Of a DNA stretch of 64,000 bases, positions 12,301 through 24,723 are shown in pieces. Source of the DNA: Basidiobolus meristosporus CBS 931.73. Taxonomy: Eukaryota; Fungi; Basidiobolomycota. The notes below the pieces were generated by a model that made no database searches, was not told the DNA's origin, and worked only from the letters and a program-made list of their open reading frames with translations. Location: NCBI GenBank assembly GCA_002104905.1, contig MCFE01000419.1:14216-78215 (forward strand), read 5' to 3'. Numbering within the stretch: position 1 is the stretch's first letter; each line of letters starts with the position of its first letter. Position numbers and translations under genes: made by a program.

Positions 12301-14079
12301 TTTGTTCCTACTGCTGTTCAAGGTAGGTGGCATAGTGGTTTCGTTCTGGATATGCACTAAAAGCGACTCTTGCAGAATCACGGAGCGAACACAAGTGGCG
12401 AAAACACTTTTGATCTGTTTTATGTCATGGAGACTGTTATGGGGCCGAACGATGTTTGGACCTCTGAAGAGACGGAAGAGTCGCTTCCGTTACGAGATCT
12501 ACCCATCAGAGATGTGATGGAGCACTTGATCAGCCAAGAGCTAAATGGACGAGCCTTTTCAACAGTTTTATCTAACTTCAGCACCTACATTATACAGATA
12601 CACCATCACTCACTTGGAGACCGACTGCTCAAAGGCATTGGGATATTCCTTGGAAAGTTAGCTGGGTTGCTAGATAAACGCCAAGACATCGACGTCAGCC
12701 CTGTGCTCGATATGGTAGAAAAGATCTTGAGGGAGCATCCATTTGCCATTGCCACTTTGACGCCATCGCTAAAAACTCTGGTCAAACATGCCATCGAGTC
12801 ATCCTCTGTCAACGTGGAGTCGTTGGCTAGGCTGTTGACTGTCCACAACTTGATAATGTTGGATCAATTAGCAAACAAGTTTTCAATTGGGGGCTTTTTG
12901 GTGGACTTGATGAAGCTGATTTATACCGGCAAAACGAAGTTGCCCACCAACGGGGCGGCCACACTTGTTCAAGTCATGCTCTGGGATTATTACGCTGCCA
13001 CTCCTGGGAGTGCGCCAGCTAACCTAGCGCTCAACCAGATGCCTCAAGCACCGGCTACCAATGGATATCGCACAATATTCCCCGGAATCACCGAAATGTT
13101 TGATGACATGGTATTATTCTTGGGAGACCCGCTGAAGTTCCAAAAGTACACGGGCGAAGAGTTTAAGATTTCCATTTGGACTAGCCATTTGATTATCTCT
13201 ATGCTGGAACCAAGACGCAACAGGTTCCACGAGCTCCTCTGCAAGCAACACAACGATCAGAATCTTCACTTGTTGAATCATATTTTCCTGGCCATCGCAC
13301 ACATTGGCTCACCAAAACTCTGCACCCTCGCGCTAGAGTTGCAAGACACTGTGACCGAAATAATCTCCCATGGAGTGAAGCTGGCCGCTTCCCCAGAAAC
13401 CAATGATGAGCTATATGCAGCGCAAAGAGTGGTTATAAGTCAGACCTTTGTGCTGATCAAGGCTTGGTCCATACTGGTGCATATTCTCAACGCAGATGCC
13501 AAATACTCCACAGCTATCGGCAGAAGTGGAAAGAGACGGGCCCCCACGACGATGACTGCTGAGCGCAAGCTCTGGAATACCATTTGGCCGATGCTTAGGA
13601 AGTCTTTAGTAGCCAGAGTCCACAGCAACAACTCCAACGTAGGTGCTAGTTTCGCAGCACCTGGCTCGTGATTTTAATATATCTGTGTGTATTTAGGAGC
13701 TGCCGCTTGTATGGCGTCATTTCTTCCAGCTGGTTGCTTTCCTTCAAGGGCTTGGCTCAGAGATATTGCTTGTTTACAACCACGACTGGCTCTCCATGGT
13801 TGAAATGTTTTTCGAAGAGGTATATATCAGAACTATAGAGGAATCATTTACTTGGCTTCATAGCCTCACGCTTTGATCTGCTTGTAGGAAAAATCGAATG
13901 TTGCCGCTCGGGAAATTGAAAATCAAACCAAGCTATTGCTAGACATCGTGCCAACCATACACTTTTCTTCAGAGCTAGAGAGCATTGTGGAGGATATATA
14001 CTCCGAACTACGCCAATCCTCTCATTTCCAGATCTCTCCCGAGGCGAACCAGTTGGCGATCTTCTTTGGTCAGCTTTAG
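6338..14079 (+). CDS. UNC79: UNC79-like large helical-repeat protein (~2,450 aa) with two C1-type zinc fingers
   Basis: Seven phase-consistent exons: 6338-6711, 6824-7284, 7331-11977, 12032-12322, 12376-13638, 13697-~13819, ~13887-14079. Motif LYHSHLLIDLIISNKPDVYINILNVVAYGSQEVRYRALQILFQYW resembles the N-terminal block of animal UNC79 as recalled (YHCQLLECLMKYKQEVWKDLLYVIAYGPSQVKPPAVQMLFHYW). A near-canonical C1 finger lies at 8222-8374. Confidence 0.7.
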
Positions 14080-14628
14080 GTTAGGCAGCCCCGGTCAGAT
14101 GCCGTGAGCAATATGGGCACCTTCGGGTCATGTTTTATATTGTTTATCATCCTTTATCATATTACCTTCCTGACCACCGATGATCATCCTCATGTATTAT
14201 TTGTTGCCTTGGTCCATTTTTTATTATGCTACATCAAACCCTTTCTACTGCATTCACAATACACTACTTCGATAATGCACTACCTATTTCCCAAGCGGAT
14301 TTAGACATTTGTTGGCATCGGCTACCAAGTGGTTGATTCCATATCAAATCAAAATACTTGGCACATGGTCGATAGGATTGGCTGCAATCTCATCAACCTG
14401 ATCCAGGTGAGCGAGCAGGGAAAACACAAACAAAAACAATTGAGCTGCCGAGAATCACCAGTCACACTAGATTATAGGAAACCGCAGGTTCCAACGAACT
14501 CCAGTGCACCTTATATTAGTTTTCAAAAGGTTTTCACAACTGAACGGTTTTGCTCAGCAGAATCTCTTCTCCCAGCTAGCACTTGGCTTTATCTCCGATC
14601 CATTTTCAACCTGCTAGTATCGTGAATC

Positions 14629-16766
14629 ATGTCTACCTTCGATTCGTTTACAAAGTTACATACCCGTTCGTGTAAAGATTGTCGAGAGCTCTCCGTAAGT
14701 ATCAGTTCCAATAAAGGTTTTCGGCCGTTCGCTTCTCTTTGGGGCCGAGCTAAATCCTTTTCCGCCACCGTAGGACATCTCCAAAGAATCCATCAAAACC
14801 TTCTTAACTGTGGCCAAGACGGCAAATCTGGCCTTCCCGGAAGTACTGGTGCAAGCGTTCTCTCATGTAAGCAGTTGCCGGAAGGATACCGTTCGATGTA
14901 GCCAATTAATATCGTCGCTTCATAGGCTGTCAATGACGTGGATGCCGAGGTGGTGCAACTAGGTGCCAAGTCTATTGAGTTGTTGTCAAGAAGATTGGGG
15001 AAAGATATAGCCTCATTCTACCCGATTGTATGGGTTTGCTTTCTTTTTGTAAGCCAGATGCCCATCCTAACGGACTCTTCTCGTTTGACCTTAGTTTGTT
15101 CACGATCTACAGTCCCAAATCAGTAAATACGAATGTGTTATAGACTCGCTCAAAGGAGCCCTAAAAGCAGTCAAGAGACTGGTAAGTGATGCCTAACGGG
15201 AGACTCGACGTGGTTATTCAACAGCTCACCCCATGCGTTATCCATCTTTAGCCATTCAGAGCTGTAGACAAAGAAATCCAAGCCAAGAATTACTTGGAGC
15301 AAGTGGAAAGAACCTACCCGGACAAAACCCGTAACGAGGCACTTCACTTCACTGCTTCCAAGCTCGCCAACGCTAGTGACGCCGGCTGCTCGGCGCCTGA
15401 TAATTTTGTGGAGAAGATGAGCGGATATATCGAGAGCGTCGACTCTGAAATTGGCGTGTATGGTTATCAGTCGTTCGGCATTCGCCAGGTCAAAAAGGAG
15501 AACCAGCTCTTGGAGGCAGAGGCAAAACTGAGCACGAGCCAAGATACCTCTGCAAGAGCTCCACGGAAACAGCCCAAGCCTGAACCAACCAGATTAGAGA
15601 AGGTAGGTGAGCCGTTGGTTGCTTGTTCGTAGTCCAAGCAATAACCATACCGTATTTGGTATTCCGATCAGAGAAAGCAAAGTCCACCTATCAACTCACA
15701 GCCGAAGCCTAAGGCAACTGTCGACAGCTACTCAAGTAACTTCAAATATTCCTCGCACCAGTATGAGAAAGAACTTCTTGGATCGCTGCCGGAAAACACC
15801 TCAATCCTCACAAATGCCAGAGAACCAGACTGGAAGAAACGCCTTGATGGTTTGTAACCCTTTCATTTAGGGAAGTCCAAGCTCGTGGCCAACTAAGCGC
15901 CCTTCTTTGTAGCGGTCGAAACATTGGAAAGGTTCTTGAAGAAAAGCCCACCGGAGGCGGTGGATGCCGAGTTGGTGGTGCGTTTCTTGGACGAGAGTCC
16001 CAGCTGGAAAGAGCCACACCCACAGGTGCGTAGCGATCTGATCCGTGAGATTGAAGCCTCCTACTCATGCATCTTGTGTAGATTCTGTCCAAAATGTTTT
16101 CCACAGTGCAATATCTTGTGGAAAATAGCCCTTCCTTCACCCCAGCATGTGCCTCACTTACCATTCCAGGTACGTCCCAGTGGTTATCTGGCCTATAAGA
16201 CGATTGACACTCATTGCTCCTTCACACTGTAGCATTGGCCTTTGGCGTTGGCGACAACAAAGTCAAACGGGCGGCCGGCGAATGTCTGTCCAGCATCTCC
16301 AAGAAGTTTGGAAACCAACTGGTCCTGCTACACGGTAAGCAGCCTCGCATACACCAACACCTGGCTCAGCTCAGGCTCTAACCCAAGTTGCCCATAGCCG
16401 TGGAAATCTGGAAATACCTCAAGACCCCCAAAGCATTGGAAGAAAGTCTGGGCTGGTTACACCAGAATCTGAAGAAATATGGTTTGAGCGGGGTGGATAC
16501 CAAGGAGCTGTTCGAGCTTCTCAAGATCACGTTTACCCACGCCAACGGGGCGGTTCGTAAGTTTGGTGTGGTGATAGTGGCGCTGATCGCATCGTCTGGA
16601 CCAGGTAAATGGCCATCCATTGCAACTTGCTGCCTTCATTTGGACCAACGCATGCTTGAATACTATAGACTTCCGACAGCAAGTAATTGAGATCAACCCG
16701 AAGCTGAAGGACACTCTGGATCGCGAGTTTATCAACATGTGGACGGAAGTGGCCACGAATTCATGA
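14629..16766 (+). CDS. Short, divergent TOG-domain protein (XMAP215/Dis1/Stu2-like; TOG2- and TOG3-like units only)
   Basis: Multi-exon gene. Segments AVNDVDAEVVQLGAKSIELLSRRLGKDI, PSWKEPHPQV, GVGDNKVKRAAGECLSSI, KTPKALEESLGWLHQNLKKYGLSGVDTKELFELLKITFTHANGAVRKFG and INPKLKDTLDREF match ch-TOG TOG2/TOG3 HEAT repeats as recalled. Stop TGA at 16764-16766. Confidence 0.7.
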
Positions 16767-17390
16767 GGCCCCCGCCCTACGAGCGACTCTGTTGCCGTAG
16801 CCTTCGCATGGCACCCATTCATCAGCCACCTTGATCGCTATTTTTTCGAGACCAACTGCTGGCTTAGTCGTGGCCTCAGAATTCTCGGCCCCGTGTGTCA
16901 AGATGAATTAGCCCAGCTGATTGTTCGTTTCTTATTAAAGACCCCCAAGGCTTCCCTTGGAAGCATTGTTCTATTCACTGACCGTCTCGTTGCATCCATC
17001 TGCATTGCACAAGGGGGAAGTTAGCGTCTTCATACTATTGCACCATCCGAGTAACACAGGCGATGTCCCGGCCCTAGGAATCTCATCTGGACCGGCGACC
17101 TAGTTTTGGTGGGAGTACGGGATATGGGGTTTGGTCACGTGCTTTTTTCAGAGATGTTTAATCGGTTTAAGAATGGGTGGGAATCAGCGGGATTAGGACA
17201 GGTGCTCTAGCAAATTGATATTTTACGTGGCCATGCTTCCGAGGGAACATCTGCCCCAGCGACACAAGAAACGGTTCCCATCAGTGGATCCGCAAAGAAT
17301 AGATTATGATGGTTGCTAAGCTAAGGCAATGCTAATTGGGAAAGAGGCTTTTCAGCAATCCACTCGTCGCCAACATCGCTGGAGCAGGTT

Positions 17391-18275
17391 TCAGGCGAAT
17401 TCGGAGGCTTTACCGGACTAGATTTCGCAGAGGGTGAGCAACCCAGGCCATCCCATGGGACAGAGGACACAGAAGACTTACCGTGAGCAGGCCAACGATC
17501 AGGCCAAACAGCCCCAGGACCGAGCCGAAAATCTCCACCACGAGGATCTTCACGAAGAGTTGCGCATCCTGGGCGTCGGCCAAGGCAGCGCTGGAGCCGG
17601 TGATTCCAACGCAGATACCACAGAAGAAGTTGCAAAACCCGACGGTCAGACCGGCCCAGAATAGTGAGAACCCTAGAGGAATACCACCTCCGCATCAGTC
17701 TCGTTGGATGCACAGCGATCGTGGACATTCAACCTACCTGTATAGTAGTGACTAGCGGTGTAGGCGGTGTTGACTGTTCCTAGCTTGGCGGAGAAGACGA
17801 TGGCCATGATAACGCCGTAAATGGCGACCACCTCACAAAAAATGATACTACAAAATGGAGCAGTTGAGCGGGTCTCTTTCTCCCTCGCTCCCGCAGGTCG
17901 GGCTCCCACTGGACGAGAAGGTGACTTACCTGATCAGGTTCTTGGTCTTGATCCTGGGCGTTCTGACCGCACCACCCAAGATGGACGCTCCGGTGACGAA
18001 GATGCCCCTGGAAAGCAAGGTTAGCGAAACCCATACCCATAGGTTGGTTCAGGAACAAGGGTAGATAACTACCATGCAGCGCCCACAACCGACAGCCCGA
18101 TGCAGAGGGAGATTCCCAGCAGGGCCCACATGTATGGCGAGGTGTCCAGCAGGAACAAGCCAAAGTTGAAGGCTTCTCCGTTGCCGGTGAAGAGCAGCCA
18201 CAAAGCGTAGACGACGGCTACGAACACGAAAAGGTAGACGAGGAGCTTGGACACAAGGCTGGAATAGTAATTCAT
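17391..18275 (-). CDS. VMA16: V-type proton ATPase V0 proteolipid subunit c''
   Basis: Spliced product contains [67 protein letters not shown], then [41 protein letters not shown], ending SGKASEFA*. The extra N-terminal TM is typical of c''. Confidence 0.95.
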
Positions 18276-19689
18276 CTGGACGGGTCGAAGTAGCGAACGG
18301 CGAATGAACGGGGTGGTGGAGGAGCAGTGTAGGTGGGAGAGCGGAGAGTTCCCTGAACAAAGGGTGGTGGATTAAATTGGGCCCCTTCCCTAGGACCCAA
18401 CCCGACACATGTGCCATCCCAGATCCGTGGTGGTAAATGCCAAAAGCATGGGTGGGATGCACCATTTTCCTAGCAACCACATCATTTTGGTTCCAATCAG
18501 GGGTGGCAGCCGCTCACCGTGCGTGGTTTCCCGAATGTTTCTACCCGTTTGGTGAGCATCGCTCCTGAATTGCCACCTTTTGTGCACATCCACTAATTGA
18601 TGCCCCCCTCCGGTGGCCAATCACCGCCATTGGAGGGCGCCGGGGGAGCACTGGAAATTGGGAATTCGGTCTACTTGGATCCGACTGCTTAGCCACCTTC
18701 CAAAGAATCGTCTGGATCCCCCCTCCGGCCTCCGCCAATCGCATTGTCCGGCCGGGGAGGGTCATGCATGAACCTTGATCCACGCACTAGCACCATCGCC
18801 TCTTAATCCGTTTAAGCTTCCTTTCTACCACCATTCACAAACCTTAAATCCCCGGCCCGGAGGGTTCCACAGGTACGAGGATTCCACCAGTTTCCCTGGG
18901 GGTGATTGTTGCGCGGTTGGTTGATTCGTACCACTCCCTTGTGGTTCCCCGGGGGATGACCCGGTAGCGCTCTTGGCCGTTGGCCGTGGATTGGATTGGG
19001 GGCTGTTCGAGAGCTCTCTTCCTTCAGAATGTCTCCCTGCCAGCGCGAGTCGTCGGGTGATGCCTCCTCCGACCAGCATCTCCTATCGAAGGATCCTTCA
19101 GCCAGGTGACGTGGTTGCCGGGTTGGACTCGTCTGCTTGGCGCCTCGGTAATCTGCTGTATCGAGGGTGGAATTCACCAGGAGGCAAGGCCTGGAGGGGG
19201 TGTACGAGGGGTAGGGGCCCAGAACTTCTCCCATCGAGGCCTATGGTGAACGGTTGTGTTGCGGCTGCTATTCTTCCCTCCCCGATTTATCGATTCTGGT
19301 TTGCGGTCCGGTCGTGGTATCGGCCCCATGGCTTCGGAGCCAAGGTGCAGGGGAGGGGGAGGGGGAGGGGCAGGGGATCCAGATGTTTCTGCTACATATC
19401 CTCTCAATGTAGGGGATGAGGCGAGTGATGTCTCGGATATCCAGGATTCCAGGGGGCGGATCCAGCTTTTCCAGGGCTGGTGTTTCATGACGTTTCAATC
19501 ATTCTTCCACATCCTGATCCCCCCTTAATCCGCCCAATCCAACAGGTCCAACAAACCATCTGATCTCCGGTTTGGTCCCGAGATGGGAGGGGGTTGGTTG
19601 GATTTTTGATTACCGAGATCCAAGATTGCATAGACAGTTGATTGCATCAGAGCTGAGAAGTCACTGGACAGTACCTTGAGATCCATGTT

Positions 19690-20024
19690 ACACTGTATGC
19701 AAAGGTAGGCATCTCAATTGTCAATCTTGTGTTTACACTCCAGTATTCCAATCACTTGGTCACTTGATTCATGGCTTACAATCCCTACTATCCCCAAACC
19801 AAATTCTTTGCTAGGACTTGGAGTACTCTCCCCAAAGTGTTAAGCCCTAGAGCATCAAACTCCCAAAGTTGTTCAAAAGTCCTCAAATTCTGTGCATATG
19901 CTCCAGGGGACACTGAGTACCTTCCTAGGAATATTTCATATGCTTATCTTGTCAAGTCTATTTAAACAGAATGAATGCCACTCTTACATTAGATAAATCA
20001 TCAAGTGAGACTATGCAGTATTCT
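19690..20024 (+). repeat. Old, diverged Copia-type LTR fragment, cut by the Copia insertion at 20025
   Basis: Colinear similarity to the family-A LTR, e.g. ccactcttacattagataaatcatcaagtgaga versus ctactcttacattcaatagatcaataagtgaaa. Left boundary is approximate. Confidence 0.45.
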
Positions 20025-20449
20025 TGTTGTAAAAATTTGGAATTCCACCTAAAGATTCACCTAACTTAGTCACTTAGATCACTACCTTCAAATCCCAGGG
20101 AATACTGACCAAATTCCTTGTCTAGATTTATCTGGATTATTTTCACCAAAATATCAGGTACCCAGAGCATGAAAATTAGATAGGTTGTCCAAACCATCCC
20201 AATCTTTGCACACATGTTCTTGGGACCTTCTTAAGCCTATTATATGTGCTGGTTATGCCAGGACTATGTAAAAGTATAAATACTACTCTTACATTCAATA
20301 GATCAATAAGTGAAAACCCACATAATCTACTTGTTCTCCCAATCACTTCCAATATCTCCAAGACTCTTACAACAGGTCATGAACCCCAAGCTGTCACTCT
20401 CTGCATAGTCTACTACTGCCATTACTAAAATTTCTCCCTCTGCTGAAAA

Positions 20450-23400
20450 GTTGGATTGATCTAACCACCAAGTATGGAACATGAAGATGACAATGCTGCT
20501 ACAAGAAAGAGGCCTTAAGGATATTGTCTTGGAAGAAAATGTCCTCCTAAGAATGTGAAAGAGGAAGCTTCAAAGTACTAGAAAAAAGAACAAAGTGCCT
20601 TTAACTGCATTTACCTTAATGTCAAAGAAAAATTGCTAATTCAATGCTTCAAGCAAAAGCAGCAAAGAATGCCTGGAAGGCATTAGAAGACACCCACTGG
20701 TTGCATTCAGCTGCCAAGAAAATGTATCTTAGACAAAAACCTGTGCTAAAACAATGCTGCCTGGAGAAGAAACAAAAAATCCAATCAACAGAATTACTAT
20801 GTTGGTGGACAAGATGGGATCTTTGGGTGTACCAACTACAGATACAAATTGATAGTTATTATCCTGAATAGCATGACAGACAAGTTTCAGGGACTTATAT
20901 CAGCCATAGAGTCTAGGACTGAAGATTTGGCCTTAAATCATATATATGGATGGTTCCTGGATGAAGAATTAAGAAAATGAAGTGCCAACAAGAAGGAAGA
21001 TGAGAGTGCTTTAATAATCAATGATAACCAACAAATGAGGTACCCAAGGCCCTTTAAATGCAATAGCAACCTATTTTGCAACTACTTCCAAAGGAACAGA
21101 CATACATCATACTGGTGCCTCAAAAAGAGAGATAGACAGCTGAAAAAGCCTGAATATGGAAATGCTGCAACTACTGAAGATAGACTGTTAATATCTGCAC
21201 TAAAGATGACCACAAGCATGGATTCTTAGACATGGTATATTGATTCTGGAGCATCTCAACACTTTACACACCAAACAGAACTTTTGACCCAACATCAAGA
21301 AATCCTAATTAAAGTCTTCATGTCATGATCACATGACATCCATGAACACCCATGCCAAGTTTTCAGCTTCCTAGCTCAATTTCTAAGAGATTCCTTCTGG
21401 AACCTTCTACCACCTTCCAGAAAGTTCCTGACCATTCCAAACCATTGTTACACAATGGAACATTCCATGGAAGCTTCCCATTGTATTTTTCATAGTCCAG
21501 TACCATATATGGAAATACCAGGCCACATGACTTAGTCACATGATCAGGTGACCCAATCCATTTCCCCATCCTGTCTCAGTGCCTTGCCTTCTATATTATT
21601 ATCCCCAGCACATTGCTGTGCTTCACCCCACAACCCCATTAGTATTAGCCAATATCTCTTGGCATTGGTATAACCAAAATGTATATATAGTCCTATCCCC
21701 CCTTAAGTATTCCTCAGTCTGATAAACACAGGTCTTGAATAAACAGCCTTGCCTTGGAAATCTGCCTTGCCTTGGAGATCCACCTTGCCTTGTTGATCCA
21801 CACCTAAGTCCCTTCCTGGTCCTGCCTTGCCTAGCCCTACTCTCCTGCCTTGTGTCTATTCATAACACTTCATGGGTGATGATAGAACATTTGACACAGT
21901 TAGGGAAGGAACCATCCAAGTGAACCTTGGAAGCAGTGAAGGATGCCACACACTAACCTTCAAAGAAGTACTCTATGTACCAGCAATAGCCAAGGACCTA
22001 CTATCCGTAAGCAAGGCCACAGCAGAAGAACTTGGTTCCAGCTTTGACAATTCTGGATGCAGGATCACTGATCAAAATGGTGCCCATATTGCTTTGAGTA
22101 TCAGAGATCAGAATCTATACAAGTTGAGTTATATTCCATCATATCCAAAAGCCAATATAAGTAACTTAAATGAAGAAACACCAATGCTTTGGCACAGGAG
22201 ATTTGAGCATATCATTCTTGATAATTTGCGCAAAATTATCAAAGATCAGCTAATTTCCGGAGTAAAAGTGATCCCCCAGCTAATTTGAAGCACTGTGGAG
22301 CCTGCATATATGGGAGACAAGCCAGACAACCTCTCAAGAGCTCTGGGTTAATCAAAACAGAAAAAATTAAATCTAATTCACTCATATCTGTGTGGGCCTA
22401 TGCAAAATTTATCCTTAAGCGGGATGAAGTATTTAATCACTTTTACTGACAATTATACAAGATACACATGGCTTTACTGCATGGAGAGGAAGGAAGAAGC
22501 TCTGTCTAAGTTCAGGGAGTTTAAAGCCATGGTGGAGAGAGAAACTGGTGAAAATATCAATAAAATACCATTTGGCAATGGTGGAGAATATACCTCAAAA
22601 CTCTTCATCCACTTCTGCAAAATTCATGGGATAAAGCAAGAGACTACTGTACCATACTCCCCACAGCAAAATGGAGTAGCAGAATGTGCTAACAGATCAA
22701 TAATTGATATGGCAAGATCTATGGTCCATGAACAAAATTATCCTATGATTTTTGGGCAGAATCCATTAGTACTGCTATATACCTTGAAAATAGGAGTTAT
22801 AACAGAATGCAAAAGAGGCCCTAGATAGCCCTCAGACAAAGTTTTGGAGATCTGCAATGACTGAAGAATAACAGCCCCTGATGGAAAACCAAACTTGGGA
22901 CTTGGTCAAATTACCAATCAACCAAAATTTGATTGGATGCAGATGGGTCTTTAAATCAAAATACAAGGCTGATGGTTCAACTGAAAGATACAAAGCAAGA
23001 CTTGTGGCCAAAGAATACTCTCAAACAAAAGGACTTAACTATGCTGAGACATTTGCCCTGATAGCCAAGTTTAATTCCATCAGATTAATAATGACTATTG
23101 CAGCCAAATATAAGTTTTTTATTCATCAAATGGATGTAAAAACTGCATTTTTGAATGGCAAACTTGATGAGGACATGTATATGGACCAGCCTGATGGGTT
23201 TGCTGACCAAGATAACCCCCATTTGTTCTTCAAGGTTAAAAAATCTCAATATGGTTGCAAACAATCACCAAGAGCCTGGAACTGTAAGATAGGATCTGTT
23301 TTGGAATCTTTGAGTTGCAAAAGGAGAAAAGCTGACTATAGTATATGCTATAAGCCAGATAGAGCAAATCCAGCTCTATTAGCTCTATATGTGGATGATC

Positions 23401-24360
23401 TTATTATAGCCAACAATAATCTAGAAACATTGGAGAATAAATCCAGCCTATCTGAGGAGTTCAAGATCTCCAATCTAGGAGAACTCAGTTGCTACTTAGG
23501 GATTAAGTTATCCGTAGACATAAGAGCCCATACTACCACCCTAAGCCAATCCAAGTATATACAAGATATACTAAAGAAGTACTAAATGGAAGACTGTGAA
23601 CTGGTAGCTACCCCAATAGTGACAAACCTCAACTTGGTCAAAACTCAGCCAAATCAAGAGAGCTTGGTGGCATCTGAAAGCCCTGACTTTCCTTATCAAT
23701 CTATGGCTGGCAGACTGATGTATATAATGCTTGGAACACATCCAGATATCTCATCTTCAGTGGGAGCTGTCAGCCAACATAATCAGAACTATGGATCTGA
23801 TCATATTGCAGCAGTTAAGCAGATTTTTAAATACCTACAAGAAACTGCTGATATCTGCCTAAGATACACTTATAAGGATTTAAAACAGGATCTTGTGGGA
23901 TACTCCAATGCTGATTGGGAATAAAATTTGGAAGACAGAAGATCCACCACAGTATACACTTTTCTCTACTGTAAAGGAGCAATTTCAGGGAATTCAAGAA
24001 AGCAACCAACTATAGCACTTTCTGCCACAGTGGCAGAGTATATGACAGCCTGTGAAGATAAAAACAGAGCAATGTGGTTAAGAAAGCTTTTTTCTGACTT
24101 AGGCCTATATCAAAAAATGCCTATTACTTTATTTCAGGATAATCAAGGATGTTTACAATTAGGTAGAAATACAACTTTACATGCTAGAGCTAAGCACATA
24201 GATATAAGACATTATTTCATACGTAAAGCTATAGAGAATAACTTAGTTAGCTTAGTTTACTGTCCTTCAGATGAAATGGTTAAAGACATTTTTACCAAAC
24301 AATTAGCTAGAGACAAGTTTGAATCTCTTAGGTCAAAATTAGGACTAGTCAATATGAGCA
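20450..24360 (+). pseudogene. Copia A1 gag-pol, interrupted by stops, frameshifts and a solo LTR
   Basis: ORF fragments 21872-22288, 22400-22828 (integrase; TTVPYSPQQNGVAE), 22881-23585 (RT; HQMDVKTAFLNG, LYVDDLII) and 23928 onward (RNase H; KHIDIRHYFIR). Confidence 0.9.
21321..21867. mobile_element. Solo LTR of an unrelated family inserted in Copia A1
   Basis: 547 bp, TGTCATGA...TCATAACA, flanked by an exact 5-bp TSD CTTCA (21316-21320 and 21868-21872). Removing it restores KVFMGDDR, matching the homologous Copia segment near 30090. Confidence 0.85.
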
Positions 24361-24723
24361 TTCAGCTGGGGGGTGTTGTAAAAATTTGTAATTTCACCCA
24401 AGTATTCACCTTACTTAGTTGCTTAGATTATTACCTTCAAGTCCTAGAGAGTACTGACCAAATTCCTTGTCAGGATTTACTTGGAATATTTTCACCAAAA
24501 TACCATGTAACCAGTACATGGAAATTCTCAAAGTTGTTCAAACAGCCCCAAACCTTGCACACATGCTCTTGGGACCTTTCTAAGCCTATTCTATGTGTTT
24601 GCTATGGCAAGACCATGCAAAAGCATAAATACTACTTTTACATTCAATAAATCATGAAGTGAAAACCACATAATCTGCTTGTTCTCCCAGATCACCTCCA
24701 ATATATCCAAGAATCTTACAACA

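Larger units (their letters stand above)
20025..24723 (+). mobile_element. Ty1/Copia LTR retrotransposon, family A copy 1 (decayed, two LTRs)
   Basis: 350-bp LTRs TGTTGTAA...TTACAACA at 20025-20374 and 24374-24723. PBS ggtcatgaacccc at 20375; PPT-like agctggggggg before the 3' LTR. Domain order is gag, protease (WYIDSGAS), integrase, RT (YVDDL), RNase H. Confidence 0.95.

Noticed and set aside
23928-24650. 240-aa ORF with a novel C-terminal extension on RNase H
   Set aside because: The extension is chance read-through into the 3' LTR.
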